Shown piece by piece: positions 63,708 to 64,000 of a stretch of 64,000 nucleotides of DNA. Position 1 is the stretch's first letter; every line of letters begins with the position of its first letter. The position numbers were made by a program, and so were the translations under genes. The stretch lies in sequence record LR756502.1. One strand, given 5' to 3'. The notes under the pieces were generated by a model. It was not told where the DNA came from, did not search any database, and saw only the letters and a list, made by a program, of their open reading frames with translations.

Positions 63708-64000
63708 ATGATAATTAAAAGGTATAATGAATTTGTATTTGAGAATAAATCACCATTACTAGTTCTGCAAGATAATATTGATCGAGAGTTGATAGATATA
63801 ATACAATCGATAATACCTAGTGGTAAAATATTAGAAATATCTTGTGGAAACGGAGCGGACTCTATTGAGTTGGATAGATTAGGATATGATGTAACTGCTA
63901 CAGATTCAAATAAAGATTATGTTGAAAAGGCTGGTGAGTTTGTTAGGAGTCTTCATCATGATACAAGAGATGAGTTTCCGTTTGATGATGAACAATTTGA
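63708..64000 (+). CDS. N-tagged class I SAM-dependent methyltransferase (runs off the window end)
   Basis: MIIKRYNEFVFEN...KILEISCGNGADS...VTATD...FPFDDEQF; TAATATATA at 63695-63703. Confidence 0.8.
   Translation, partial: MIIKRYNEFVFENKSPLLVLQDNIDRELIDIIQSIIPSGKILEISCGNGADSIELDRLGYDVTATDSNKDYVEKAGEFVRSLHHDTRDEFPFDDEQF

Noticed and set aside
1-64000. Alternative genetic code (TAG/TGA recoding, as in some huge phages)
   Set aside because: ClpP, Dam and the other enzymes are intact in code 11, TAG and TGA end tightly packed genes, and ATGA overlaps are common.
1-64000. CRISPR array or diversity-generating retroelement as the source of the repeated motifs
   Set aside because: No regularly spaced repeat-spacer array, no reverse transcriptase and no TR/VR pair were seen; the repeats are protein-terminal motifs.

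Overview
AT-rich (roughly 28-30% GC, judged by eye), densely coding accessory region of a large tailed phage, probably a jumbo or T4-related phage of a Bacteroidota host. The host call rests on a Bacteroidota-type ClpP and cytochrome c, TAnnTTTG promoters and Bacteroidota-phage-like small ORFs. Standard genetic code; no core structural or replication genes, tRNAs or CRISPR array seen. The window is dominated by two mutually exclusive peptide 'address tags' fused to very diverse cargo proteins. (1) An N-terminal tag MK[HY][LI]xx[YF]..(F/Y/N)E on 53 ORFs plus one tag-only micro-ORF (manual count), usually behind a TAATATATA motif. It resembles the T4 capsid-targeting sequence and gp21 cleavage site. 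Cargo includes about 30 paralogs of one unknown domain, an HNH nuclease, an ART-like protein, a PRTase-like protein, a SAM methyltransferase and a PQ-loop transporter. (2) A C-terminal helix RxxK[LI]xx[LI](L/GI) on 39 small ORFs (manual count), often behind host-type TAnnTTTG promoters. Cargo includes SH3-like domains, a stand-alone EF-Tu domain II and a riboflavin kinase. Other recognisable genes: Dam methylase, GGCT, SPFH lipoprotein, nucleotidyltransferase-like protein, cytochrome c and ClpP. All family calls come from motif recognition by eye; no database searches were run.
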